In this document: piece after piece, positions 1 through 14,823 of the stretch | How positions within the stretch are numbered: the first letter of the stretch is position 1 | How the letters are laid out: each line of letters starts with the position of its first letter | NCBI GenBank assembly: GCA_964057225.1 | Contig: OZ059898.1 | Coordinates: 15,500,001-15,564,000 of the forward strand | Direction of reading: 5' to 3' | Origin: Auanema rhodensis | Lineage: Eukaryota; Animalia; Nematoda | Length of the DNA: 64,000 nucleotides | Notes under the pieces: model-generated | What the model was told of the DNA's origin: nothing | Seen by the model: the letters and a program-made list of their open reading frames with translations, nothing else | Database searches by the model: none | Made by a program: the position numbers and the translations under genes

Positions 1-555
<555 letters not shown>

Positions 556-1618
556 AGAAACTTATACTTATTGAAATAAAAAGTTAAAAAAATCAATAAT
601 TGTATAAATAATTATTTTTGTTATTAATTGTTATTTTATAACTTTTAATGTTATATTAATTACATACATAAATCATGCATCTCGGATCAATATTTGATTA
701 TTTTTATTAAAAATAAATTTAATTATTGTTTGTTTATTTATTTGTTTGTGGTATTATTAGAGAATAAGTTTAAGTTATATCATATTTGGGAAAATCTTAT
801 TTCAATGAATATTCTTGAGATTCTATAACACAACTGCTAAAGTTGAAATTTAAAATTCTACGTAAACTAAATGTATTTCTAACTTATATAATACATGTGT
901 TTAAGCTATAATCAAGTTGGTTCAAGTTGTAAGTTGGATAATAAGTTTAAAAACTTTTAATAAAGCAAATGAAAAAGATACAGCATATTGATTGAAAACT
1001 AAAAAGAGGATATAACACTCGTAATATAGGAACTTGAATACTGATTTCTCATATAATACAAACACATATGATATCAATAAATTGAAATTAAAAAAAAAGA
1101 AAAATAGAAAGATATGTATAATTACAATCAAATTGTTCAATTTTTTGCACAAAAATATCTGAATGATTAAGTTGGAAGATAAATTTCGAGGTATATGTAT
1201 CATATTGGAATAGTAAAAACAATAAAAACAAACAAAAATAATGACTATTAGAATGAATATGAAACTTGAGCTTAATGTTATGAATAAATAAATCAAAAAT
1301 TAAGCTTTAACGGTACTTTTAAGCTTAAGATGAACATATCAAATGAGAAAATGTTGCCCAAGTTTTAGATGAAAAAAAATAATTTTCATGAAAAATAACA
1401 TTACAGCACCGGATCCTGAGTTCAATTGATGGAATAGCTCTCGGAAAATGATTTAAGATAAGGTACAAAGAGCTATTTTGGTTGAAAAAAGAAAAGAAAG
1501 AAAGATACAACAATAGGCCATTGAAACAAAGCTTAAATGACACAGATGCAGAGAAATTATCGAATTACAATGAAATCATTGATGTCCACGTAAGAGTTTC
1601 GGAAGTTGTTTGAGATTT

Positions 1619-3798
1619 CTATCCGACATGTGGACGTTCTCGTCGGAATGACACATGATTCTCACTGAATACTTCTCGCACTGGCTCGATATGAGGTAAA
1701 GCACCGAATGGACATTCCTCTGTAATTGAGGAAATTAATAATTTTTTGAATTTAATTCAGTTTTTACTTACCAATGATACTGATTCTCGTAGCTGGACAA
1801 TCTGTCATAGGCTTGTGTTGTGGCTGCTGCTGCTGCTGAGGGAGATGATGCTGTGGCTGAGAAGTCGGCCGGATATTAGATAGATCGGAAGCAAGAGGTG
1901 AAATAGGTGTTGATGTATGATTGGGTGGAAGAATTTTCTCAATATCATTGAAATCAAGATATTCCTATAATAATTAATAATATTAAGATTCTGAATATTC
2001 TTTATGATTAACCTTATGACGCAATTGAGGTGAATTTTCAAAGTCAAAGTATGACTGTCTCTGATTGAAAGCATTTGAGAATCTTTTGCGAGCGTCAAAC
2101 ATCATTGAAACTGGAATAAATCAGATAGTTATAAGCATTATTCTGACAAAGTTTCACAAACTTTTTCTTGTTGTTAACGTATCTGTCAAACGTGACTCCT
2201 TTTCTATTGACTTAGGAGTTGGAATAGTGAAAATTGGATCCGGAATTTTGGGATGTATGCCAAGAACTGCAAATAAAAATTTTTATTTTTTTCCTTATAA
2301 TTTCTATTATATTTTTAGTTCTTAATCTTCATTACACTGATAGAACATGATTCTCAAAGCCCAAAAAAAAAGAAAAAAATGAATGATTGAATTGGAAATT
2401 CAGGCCAAGGATTTGTACTTTCCATGTAAGTGAACTGAACACTCATTTATAATGATAACGATGATGATGAAGTTAAAGAAATCATGATTGAACCCTAATT
2501 TGTAAGAATTTAATAAGAAAATAGATGATAAATACTATTTGTATTTATTATTTATTTTAATTTTCTTTTATTTTTTAAAAAATATTTGTAATAAATACAA
2601 TACAACAATAGAGAAAAGTCACAGAGACTATCATTCATTTCATCAATCATGTTAAGTTTTTTAAAAACAAATGCGTGAATTTTGTTTATTTCTTCTTGAG
2701 AATAGTTACATTCCTTTTCATTGTTTATAGATTATATTTCAATTTTACAGGTATTTTTTCAGGTTAAAACACTTAAAAACATGAAAAGACCGAAGAAGAA
2801 ACTTGACATTAATCCTTCGACCATCAACTTTATACTTAGATTCTGAAACATTTCCTTCCAATTTTCTTCTTAACCCCTCTTCCCACCTTGCCCCCCCCCC
2901 CTCTCACCAATTAAAGGAAGCGGAAAAAGTTCATTTATTTGTATTGATTTGCTTTGAAATGTCGTATTGATTATGATTAGGCAATCCTTTCACTATCATT
3001 CACCATTTCTGCCCCTGGGGGCAAGTCGTTATATCAGCAGGAATAGGCAAACTGAGACCGGTTGCTATCAAAACAAAGGTCAATGAGTAAACAAACATCA
3101 AGTCAATAAGGCAGACGGAGACATCTCTGAAGCTTCAATCGCTCAACTAGACGGCCTCCTATCGCAACCTTGTGGTAATTGACACTTTTGATTTCGAGAA
3201 CTAGATGACCACAGTCAGAAAGCTAAGGATATGGAAAGAGAGGTAGATGAGGATGAGAGACCGAAGAGCTGACAGGAAAGGATGCTGAAGATAGTATTCG
3301 GAGAAAAGCATGGTCAACAAGATTCAGAGTATATAGAGATAATCCAATGTGATGAGACTGGATTTTCTAAATTTACCGTTGACAAAACACGGAAAGAGCG
3401 GTTTCCCTTGTAAAGATTAAACGAACTGACGGATTCAAGACGATAAAACAGTTTCGAATTGTTGAAACTATCATTATGACAGATGATTTTGGTTAACCTT
3501 CGATCCACCTCTCTCCCGCTGCCCCCCTCTACCCCTCTCAACGTCTACGCCAAAAAGAAAGACGATTTTAGATGATTTCTAACTGGGAATAATCCAATTC
3601 AATTAGTATGATCTTTGTGAATTTGATCTTTTTTATGTTCGTAAAAGACGTACTTGATGGTTGACGAACAGGAGCTACTATCGCCTGCTTCTGTTTGGTT
3701 CGCTTGGAATTCCGGCATAAGATGAACGTTAACAAGACGGCTGCTAGTAAGACACAAGCTAATGATACAGCTATGATGACAATTATATAATCCTGCAT
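1619..3798 (-). CDS. Unknown 213-aa single-pass membrane protein (N-terminal anchor, disordered Pro/Gln-rich tail)
   Basis: Five exons (3798-3654, 2266-2162, 2110-2013, 1964-1772, 1719-1619) with canonical sites and consistent phases, 642 nt in total. Sequence: MQDYIIVIIAVSLACVLLAAVLLTFILCRNSKRTKQKQ (hydrophobic helix, then basic stop-transfer) ... EECPFGALPHIEPVREVFSENHVSFRRERPHVG*. A TTTTCAG acceptor lies 2 nt before the ATG, so further upstream exons cannot be excluded. Confidence 0.8.
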
Positions 3799-3800
3799 AT

Positions 3801-3807
3801 CTGAAAA
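3801..3807 (-). promoter_or_regulatory. Candidate SL trans-splice acceptor
   Basis: TTTTCAG lies 2 nt upstream of the ATG at 3798; no matching upstream coding exon found. Confidence 0.5.
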
Positions 3808-6800
3808 TGAAAAAAAAGAATATTAGAAGGGATTCAGTTAACTATGCAATACATAGATATAGTAAGATAAACACGCTTTTGAAATCTAAGAAAGAGAAAG
3901 TTTCAGAAAAAATATTACAACTAAAGGGAAGGGATGAAATGATGATCACGTACAGAGATAATCCAGGTTCCTTCTGTATTAGAGCAAATCGACAGAAACG
4001 AGGAAATGGTAGATATAGAGAGAAAGAGAATGGATAAGATAGAGAGAGACTGAATAAGAGGTAGAGACGGTGCTAGAGTTGTTGAAAGAAATGATTAGAT
4101 AATCCATCGAGACAATGCATTGAAATTTAGCAAAACGTTTGACGTTCAGAACAATTGTTGTATGAAGGAAGTTGCAAACCATCTGGACATCTGATGAACC
4201 AGATGGTCTGGCTACATGTGTATGGCCCAAATACGGAAATATGCTAAAGCCGATGATGGTTTTCAGCGGATCGTTAGTTGATACAACTGTCGGTGTATTA
4301 ACATCTTCAGAACTTTCTGATGAACATGCAAACATTGAAGGTTAGATGATCATGAGTAAAGACGATTGTGATGATGATCATGAGGGCTATGTTACAATGA
4401 CTTATGGTCTATGACCATCTGAAGAGCAGAAATTCTGATACTATTCAATAACTCAGTTGGTTATGTGTTGGGCAAAAAGTAGAATGGTGAATGATGTTAT
4501 GAAAGATTCAGAATAATCAATCTAGTTGAAACATCAATGAAATACATAGATAGTTGTCGTAACGATTGATAAGAATTGAACACGAGTTCTAAGACTGAAT
4601 TCAGATAATGGTGATATTGAAGACAAGAAAATGATCAAGTTGGAAAAGTTGCACGACATAAAAAAGTTTCTAAAACTATTGAAATCATGCTTATGAGAAA
4701 AGAAATTAAGAAAAGTACTTCCAAGTGGAAAATACACAAACAAAACAAACGTCATTATCACCTTATTACTCTTGTATAAGAAAGAAAAGACGAGTCGTCT
4801 AGATAACATGATGAAAGAACATAAAAGCATTTTCAAATGTTAAGAAGTTCCTTGAACAGTTCCATTCTATTATTCTATTGATTATATGTTTATATAGTAT
4901 AATACTATATAAATATAATTAAAAGATAGAGATTTAAGGTTAAAGAAGACAGCTAAGGATATAGAGTAGTATACATGATGAGATGTAACTTGACGTTACT
5001 AAAGCTGAGAGAAGAGAACGACTGCAAAGATAAAGTATTGTTTTGAAGAGAACAAATTTCATTTTTTAAGGCTACAAATAAAGTTGGAATATAAATTACA
5101 CATAGTAAAGCATTAAAAGATTAATTTTGAATGAGGAAAAATAGTAATGAAGCTAAAAAATGAATTGGAATAGATAAGATGAAGGAAAAGCATTGGACAA
5201 ACAATGAATGAGGAAAAGAACGTCTGTTTCGGTTTAAAAAAAAAGTTGTTGAGTTAGAAAAGTGGCACAAGCATTAATTCAAGTTGATTCGTGAAATATA
5301 TCAAAATAAAATGCAAAAAATTGAAATAAAAGTTAGTGCTAATGAAGAAATGAGAAACAAAAGAATATTTTTGTATCAGTTAAGGTTGAAATGACACGGG
5401 AGGAGCCATATCTTGAACGATAGTTCAATCTTTTTTTCTTCCGAACTTGACAGATGAAACATGGCAATTGAGACATAAATTTGAAGTTATGAGAAAGGAT
5501 CAACTAAAAAATGAAAGTAGATGTAATAAACATGTGGTCAAAACTATAGAAAACTTACAAGAGATGACCCCATAGGATAAGAGAGAAATGCGAAAAAAGA
5601 AATTAATAAAACAATCCGTCCTGAACGTCTCTCTTTCTTTAACTTTCTCTCTCTCTTTAAGTCTCTTTCTTTCTCTCTCTCTTGTTATCTTTCTCTTTGT
5701 AGGCCTGGCTGTCATTCATTTGAACACCTTCAGGTCAAAGCCGAAATGAAATTACAGTTGAAAGTAAGGAAAATCTTGGACGACATTTATTTTTTTTTCG
5801 GCCAAACGTTTAAGGAAGAAATGACACAAGTTTGAAATGCTGTCAATCATTAAATTAAAATCGAGAATTGAAATATATATTTTACATTAAAATGACTTCA
5901 AACAATAAATTTTTAAAAAAAGAGTGAAGAAACTTGAAAAAGCATAACTCTTGAAAGAGAGATACAAAGGAAGTGGGGAGAGGAGAGGAGATGATGAAAG
6001 GAAGAGCAAGAGAACGAGGAAAAAAGGGAGGTTGATGATGATTCGCAGATATATTTAAATAACAATAAAAATAGAATTTAAATATTACCATAATCATAAT
6101 AATATGTAAAATAATGAAAAAAGAAACAAATATGTACATATTTATGACAAATAAGTTTCAAAAATGATGAATTATGATAACAGCTAGTTGGTTATGAGAG
6201 TAGGTTGGACAAGCTCTATGAGTGAGGGAAAACAGATGATAGCATCATCATCATTGACAGTCTCCGTTCAAGCTGGTATAGTTGATGATGTATACGGTTT
6301 AGCGATAATAGTGGTGACGGCGATGGCGATGATGGCGACGCTTGTATGATGATGTATGAAATCTTTTTTTCTTTTAACTTTCTTTGTAAAGGATAAATGT
6401 ATCTACAACATCATTATCATCTTCATCATCATTTCCAAGGACATTCCAAAGAAAATGTGTGTTGTAAAGGAAGTAGAACTGGTGAGAATAGTGGGGGAGT
6501 GTTGGGAGTTGAAGAGGCTAGTTCATATGGTAGCAGGACGACGGGAGGAGATAGAAGACGTAGAGAGCGTAGAATGGGTGGAAGGTTGAAGAACACGTAA
6601 AACACGTAAACACTATGTATTCATATCAGACAATTAGCCGAATGAAAATAAAGAAAAATTGTTAAAAAATATATTTTTTATGAAAACGTATGTGTGGAGT
6701 TGTTTATTGAATTTCTGATATGAAGATGATGATTTCTAATTATTTTATAAGATTTTCATTAAAAATTATTTTGATTTGGAAAATGGAATGAAAAGATGTA

Positions 6801-9618
6801 AAAAGGTGAGAAGGATGATATGCTGAAAGATGGGTAAAGGTGGATGGAGGAAAGAGATGAAGATGAAGAAGGAGTAGCATAGATGAACAACAGCAGCAGG
6901 CTTCTGGCAACATACGCACATCAGACACTGTTAATCAAATAAAAGTTTAAACCTTTAACTCTATTAAAGTTTAAATTTTATAAATAAATGTTGTGTTCTC
7001 ATTATCAAGAGTATTAGTCACAATAGACAATGAGTCATTTAAAATGAAAGCCTAATAAATTCGAAAAATAAAAAAGTTTTGCGAATTGGGCGACAAATGA
7101 AAAAAAAAATTAAAGATATAGGAACACAAAGAATAGAATTTTATATAAAAGAGAATAAGTTAAAGTAGAAACGAGAGAGGGGGGGAGTAAAAAAAGACAA
7201 AATAAAGGGGGAAATGATAAAATAATAAGAAAGATCAAGAAAAATTGTAAAAGAAAAATATGGAAAAACATTACCGTACTTCACTACTTTGACTTTAAAA
7301 GTTAAAATGAGTTTATATAGTTTTGTATGAAAATACTTGACATTAACAAAAGCAATCACCGCAGATTTTTGCTTTCTTTGAAGAAAAACGGTGAAACATT
7401 ATTAGAAAATACTTTGAAAACACAATAGTACATACAGTAATAGTTAAATATTTTAGAAAAATACAAAATTATAATTAAATAATATTCTAAACTATATGTA
7501 TATGTAATAATAATAATAATAATTATTATTATTATATCTATTTGGCTGTTTTTAAAATTGGAAATTTTTATACACATGATAGAATTTGATTACTTGTTAC
7601 TATCAAAAGCTGAGATCTGCTGATAACAGAGAACACAATAAGTCAATCTATTTGGACAGTATTATACGTATAGTATAGTATAGTATAGTATATATAATAT
7701 AATTAAAATTTGATTTAGATATAGTTAAGATTGAATTTATTAATATTCAAATGACATACTTAGAGAATGCAATTTAGATCGTTTATAATTATGAATGAAA
7801 ATGAAAAAAAAAAAGTTTTTTTTTTGTAGAAACTTTCTTTCTTTTGACAATCTAGGATCATTGTATAGATAAGATAGAATCGAATATAATATACTATTTC
7901 TATCTTTTCTATTATTTTAATTTATAAAATAAATATATTACATATAGTTAATAATAATTTTTACTAAACAAAAATATTTTTAATTTTCTTTTTTTATTAA
8001 AAAAAATAAAAATAAAAGATGAAAGAAACACAAAAATTTGAATATTTACGTGATTTTGACGTGACTTTGACGTAACGTATACGTATACGTAGCTATTTCC
8101 ACGTTTTTAGGCTATACGTGTGGATTTCTCTTATTTTCAAAAGAAAAATTGAATTTGAAGGCTATTTTGGATTTCATTTCAATGACTTTCTTTCTGACAA
8201 TGTCCAACATGAACGGTTGAAATACGCTAGACGATTACAAGGTGTGAACGTTTGAGTAAGATTGAGTGTGATAGGTGAAGGAGAGAAAAAACGTGGGAAG
8301 CTGCAATTGAAATATCTTAGAATCTTCGATAAAAAATTTTTTTTTTCATCTTTTCTGATTGACTTTCAACATGTATAACCAAATAACACGATTGAGTTGA
8401 AAGTGAGATGTTGAAGAAGATTCGAAATCGGATAGAATATGAGCGAACATTGATGATGAGTTTGAATAATGGGTGAATAAGTTTCTCTGATTGAACTGAC
8501 TAAATCGTTCAATTCTGATTCATAATTTGCATTTTTTCCAATCAAACTAAAGTTATAAAGCAAAATTCTGAAACGATAAAAGCTAATCATGTGTACAGAA
8601 TCTGAAATATGAAAAAGTGATTCAACACATAAACTTTTTAGGATGACAAGGAAAAAAAAAGGAAAAAATTATTAATAAAATGGTAAAAAATAATTTGTAA
8701 TATGATTGATGAATATTGTCATTTGGATGTAAAATATCAATTTGGAAATACTAATATAGACTTTCAAATTGGATGTAAAGAGAAAAAAATGAAAAAGAGA
8801 GAAAAAGAGGGAGGGGGGGGGGTGAGATATCCGATGTAAGATGAAGGGAAAGTTGAGATGTAGACATGTATGTACATATAGATGTACTTAAGTTTCAACT
8901 TCATAATCGAACATCATTATTTCGATTTTTGAAACTTTGCTATGGCTAAAGAAACGTTTTCTTTCATCTTTGTAGTGTATAAGTGATATTTGAACTGGGA
9001 AATAGCAGCAGCAATTCTTTTGTAAATTTGTTAAACTTGTGATAACAGAAGATGATACACATACATACATACAGGGACGTTTGTACGGAAGTAAATGTGT
9101 AGAAGGAAATATTATATAACAGGAACTACTGCTCGTGTGCAACACTATCTGTCATGAATTTGACGTGGTGTGAAGATTTTTGATACGAATTTCAATACAG
9201 TTTGAGGATATTGCAGGGCTGGACTAGAATATATCTTCCATCTAGCCTGAGGGCGAGAAAAAGTGCGAGAGTGAAACGAGATTGAAGTTATAACAAAGGA
9301 ATAGCTATGACATAATGTGATGTCGTCTAGTTTATAAGTAAAAGTAATTTTATGCAAACGTGTCAATAGGTTTTTCAGAAAAAAAACACACACAAACCTA
9401 TCAAATAGCAACATTCTTATGTAGAAAAGTGAGATTCAATAGAAAAATATATTTTATGTAATAAAAAAAGAAAAACATGATATGATATAGTTAAGTTTTA
9501 GAAAGAATTTGAGCTCTAAAGCTATTAATAATGGATTAGAAATGTTTCGCTAAAGAAGGACAAGTTTTGGTGAAGGGCACGAAGACAAGTTAAAAGAAAA
9601 AAAATCTAAGAGAGAGAA

Positions 9619-9649
<31 letters not shown>

Positions 9650-11896
9650 GAGAGAGATTTAAAGAGAGAAGACAAGCATAAAAGTTAAAGAGAAACGTGT
9701 GAGATGAAAATTTTAACATGTTGATGTGGATGTCAAAGGAAAATAGCCCAGCAGGCTATTACAGTCGGATCGACTGATCAAAAGCGGATGAATCGTTGAG
9801 TGTGTATCCTAACTGCAGCAGATCTAGCTTGAACATAGATGACGACGACGACGGCGGCGACATCAACGACGACGAAGACGACGACAACGGCCCAGAGTGT
9901 CTGTTTATTTGCTATTAGACTTCAAGTCTCATGGGAATCTCTTGTGAGGTCAAATTTGACAACTGGATTTCAAATAAGGAAAGTTCAAATTTGACGAATA
10001 TCAGGTGAAAAATAGATTTTCAAGATATTTCGGGTTAGCAGTGTTGAGATAATATGATATTAAGAGGTTATTAAGGATGAGGAAGACAAATCTGAAGGAC
10101 GTCAAGGAGGTACAGTTAAAGGGCTTTGATGTGAAAATAAGGAAACAAGTTACTATTGATAGCCTGATGAATAGACAGAGTATGATGAAAGACGGTCAGC
10201 TGAAACAGATGTGACACAAAGTGGAACATTTTCTCTCTCTCTCTCTCTATTTCTCTCTCTCTCTCTATTTCTCTCTCTCTATTTTTCTCTCTCTCTCTCT
10301 TTCTCTCTCTTACCTTTTTCTTTAACTTAAATGGAACATAAGAAGAATAAATAACATCATTAATACTTATTGTTTAGAAATGAAGAGAGAAATGAAGAAG
10401 AATTGTGTTTTACATCGTTTTTCTAATTTCTCAAACAACTTTTCCCATTTAAACTGAATGTGACAAGAAAAACATTGAATTCTCGATTGACCTTAAGAAC
10501 TAATTATGATGTCTGTTTATGAGATAATCAAAAAAAAGGTGAAAAACGATATTTTCTTCTTTAATAGCATGTACTTCATCTTAAAACTACAAGATTTTTC
10601 ATATTTAAATGAAATTTTGTTCATGTTAATATTCAGAATACATTGACTATTCACATAATATTTTGTATTTTTTTTACTTTTTTGGTTTGAAAGGTTGACG
10701 AATTTGGAGAGACATGTGCTGAGAGCTATGTTAACGTGACCATTAGTGAGGGCGATGATGATGATGATGATGATGCAGAATGTTTGACAACGAAATTTGT
10801 ATGAAAATTGTAGAAAATTTGAGAAGAAAAACTATTTGTCAGATGATGTTCACCTAGAATAAGTAATGACACATCTATTGGAAGAAGGAAAAGACAGAGT
10901 GAGTGAGAGGGTAGAAGTTGAAAATACGATTTTCATTTCGGTTATTTTGAATATGCATAGACGTTTTTGAACAATTGCCAACATGTAATCAGATTTTTTT
11001 TGAATGTCAATATTCTTTTCATGAAGGGATATGAATAGAGAGAGAGAGAGAGAGAGAGAGAAAGAAAGAGAGAGAGAGAGAGAGAAGCCTAGTCTGTAGA
11101 CAAAGAGAAAGAGTTAGAAAGAGGGAATAATTGTCTCTTTCCTGTCATATAATATCAAGAAAATGGATTTTTTGTGTTTGGACAATCAGAAAGGCATCAT
11201 GAAGAGGCATGAAAGTTTGAAAATTTAAGGAAAAAGAAAGATAGTTCTGAATGAATTATTGATGATTTTCAGGATGAAAAGAAGAAAAATAAAGAGAAAA
11301 ATGAGAAAAATTAAAATGAATAGCTAGATGAAAGACGGTTATTTGGCTGTTTTTTTCGGAATTAATAGTGAACTTTACTAGCAAATGTTATAAAAATGGA
11401 TAATTTCAAATGAGATAGTCCAAAAAAAACTTTTTTTTTTTCAGAAAATGTTGTCAGAACAATGATTGTATTGCTATGTAACATCCCTATTTCAAATAAA
11501 AAAAAAGTTAAAAGATAAAATGATAGAAAGTTCAAAAATATAAAAAAAGATTTATTAGTTTGTTGAATAGAAAAGGAGAAGAAATATTTGAATTTTTGAA
11601 AAAAAACAAAAAAAAAGTTTTTAGTTAAGTAAACTATAAGCTGTTGTAAAAATGGTATTGTTTCACATATGGTCAACAACACAAAAGAATTTGAAGTTTT
11701 GGTTTATTTTTTGAAAAAAAAAAAAGAAAATATAGTATAGAATACTATTATATGAATTTATATATAATTAGACTAATATAAACTCTAAAACAACTAACTA
11801 ATACATCTCTTTGACATGTTCTTTATGTTCTAATTTCCGTCAAATGAGAAAGAAAAAAAAAGTTTGACAGACTATTGTATAGTTGAGAAGAGAGTG

Positions 11897-11940
<44 letters not shown>

Positions 11941-12141
11941 AAGTTAAAGAAAGAGAGAGCATGGTCGGTATAGTAGTCTGATGGTTTACGGGCGAAAAAA
12001 AAGGAAAAAGAAAGAGACGGGTAGTATAAGGTGGTATGAAAGTATAGACACATACGTAGAAGAAATGAAGAAATAATAGGAAGCTTGTCGTTTCTACGAG
12101 AGGAAATAATTATAGTGAAGGTATGATAGAGAGAGAGAGAT

Positions 12142-12172
<31 letters not shown>

Positions 12173-14823
12173 TTTGTTTAAAGACAATATAATTAAAATA
12201 AAAAATGTTGTAAATGAAGTGATGAAGTGATGAAATACATAAATACATATACAAGAACGCACATAAGAAATCAACTAATGGCTTCACACCAGAATCACTT
12301 TTCAAGTAATTGCCTGTGGCTACTTCTTCTAACGGTCTCAAACTCTTCCTCTCTCTCTGCCTGTCAGTTCTTTCTCTCTTTCAAATTCTTAGTTCCTACC
12401 TGCCTCACCAGAATTCTTAGAGTTCAATTAAGCGTTAAACGAACAGGTGAAAGTCAGAAAGATGACGCAAACACATATTTGAATCAAAGAATTACAATAC
12501 ACGATTTCATCCGGATAATCTACATAACATAGGCATGTTAATCGAATTCCAATTAGGACTTTCGAAATTTTTTCCTTCAAGCATGTTCGAAAAGAGCCGG
12601 AATGTTGATGTCAAAATTGAAATCTTTTAGCGATTTTCTTCACATTAAAAAACTTGGCAAAGCTTCAAATTGGATTTGAATTAAAAGGAAAAAGCTGACA
12701 TCTAGAGTAAGGCATGTTATAGCTTAGTTTATGTTTAAGACAAGTAAATTGTTGATGAGATGTTAATCATAAACACACAAAAATAATTTTCAATTTGAGG
12801 AAGAGGAAGACCGAGCAGAGTCCAGATGATGCCGGCGATCATCATCTAATATCAACACCAGCAGAATCATCGTCGCCATAGTCTCCACCTTTTTCGCGTT
12901 TCTCCTTCATCTTCTGAGCTTTTCTTTCGTCTACTTCTTCTCATTTGTTTTGCCCGTTCTTCTTCGTCTTCGTAATTCATCTCATAAGTCTTAGAATATA
13001 ATCAAAATATTATGAATGAATTTGAGCAGAAATGCGAAAAAGATAATCAAATGAGGAGGGCCGGTTGTGAGACGATTCAGCACAATTGTCGACACAAAAC
13101 CTGCCCTTAGGCACTTTTTTAATAGATAATTATCTAGGCAATAGAAGATTATTGGTCAGAAGAGTCGGACAAGTTGATCATCATGGTATTTGGCAACTTT
13201 CTTCATTGATCCAGAAGTCAAAGAATCATATAGTTTCATGAAAACGCTGATAAAATGGAAAATAGAAGTAAATAGACAGAGAAGAGTATAAGGAAATATG
13301 TTTATAACTATATGAAATTAAGAAAAAGTTTTATAAAAGATCTTAATCTATAAGAAAGAAATCATTAATTATATGGTTGGATAGGTCAATCCTTTCAACC
13401 TTTACTACTCCTCTCTACACATCCATTATCAGATGTTATAGAAAGATAAGTAAAATATTACTGAGTACTATTGATAATATTTCATATTCATATCTTTAGT
13501 TATTTTAAAATTTTATATATAATTATATATAAAAATGATCAAATTAACTAAAATATTGAAGATGAAAATAGAAAAATTGATTGTTGAACATGTATTTACA
13601 AGAAAAAAATATAAAAAAATATGAATTAGTACGAAAATAAATGTTTTTTTATTATAAAATATAAGAGAAAACAATTAAAATTAGAATTAGAATCAATATG
13701 TTTTTGACCAAAACTGCCATCAGATAGTAGAAATGAAACAAAGAATACAGATGGACAAATAACTGAAATTAGTCATTAGTTTTTTGAAAAAAAGGAAAAA
13801 CGAAAAGAACAAAAAGCTTTGAAATATCTGTAGATATCAAGCTGTATATATGTATATTGTGTTCAACTTAACTATATTATAGTTAATATCACATAAACTT
13901 GAATATAAGAAGAATATAGAGAAAGATGAGAATACTACGACGTCTTTCATTCAAACTGAACAGCTTTTGCGTTAAGAGTTTGAAGCTACGAACACACTCA
14001 CTTACCCACCTCTTTCATATATTCAGGTTGTATTTCCTATCCAACTTGAATATACGAAATAAAACTTTTTTTTTTGGAGAAAAAGAATAAAATAATTTTT
14101 CTTATTTTACTATATGATATGAGAATATATATATATAACTTAACAGGTCAAACATATCTGTATATTTGCCAGAGATTGATAATGATGACGAAGTTAAGTA
14201 AACATGCCAAATATGAAATTGGTTGATGATGAATAAGATGATGATAACATACACTCATACGAACACTCTTACTCTTCTTATAATTCACAAAAAAAAACTT
14301 TATATTTCTTTTTTTTACTTTTAAAATATAATTTTTATAATTTTTATTGATTTATTTTTATTAAAAATATTTTAAATAAGATTTTATCAAGTTTTTACAG
14401 CTTCTTCTTCCCTCTCATTCTCTCTCTCTCTTCTTCTTCTTCTTAAAATTAATAAAAAAATGGAAATTTTACTATCTACACCTTACCTATAGTAGCATTT
14501 CCTTATATCTGAGGAGGATGAACAAACAGTTAACATCCATCTTTTCAAATAAGTTTAAAGAAATTATAAATCTAACTATACGTATATAGTAATTAATATA
14601 TTTATAAATAATAATATTTATTTATTTATTCATTAAAATAATTAAAATAATCATTATTTAACAAAAAAAAAGGAAAAATAACTTTTTTTTTAAATTTATT
14701 TTATTAAATTAATTTTTTTTTCAAAATCTGTATAAATGATTTGTTTAGTTAATAATAAGTTTGAATGAGTTATGAGGAATGAGTACATGTATGTACGACG
14801 AGAAGAATCTGAACCACTGATTC

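Noticed and set aside
4369-4422. RTGATGA...CTGA box C/D snoRNA-like pattern
   Set aside because: Too short, no terminal stem or recognisable rRNA guide, and GATGAT repeats are common in this window.
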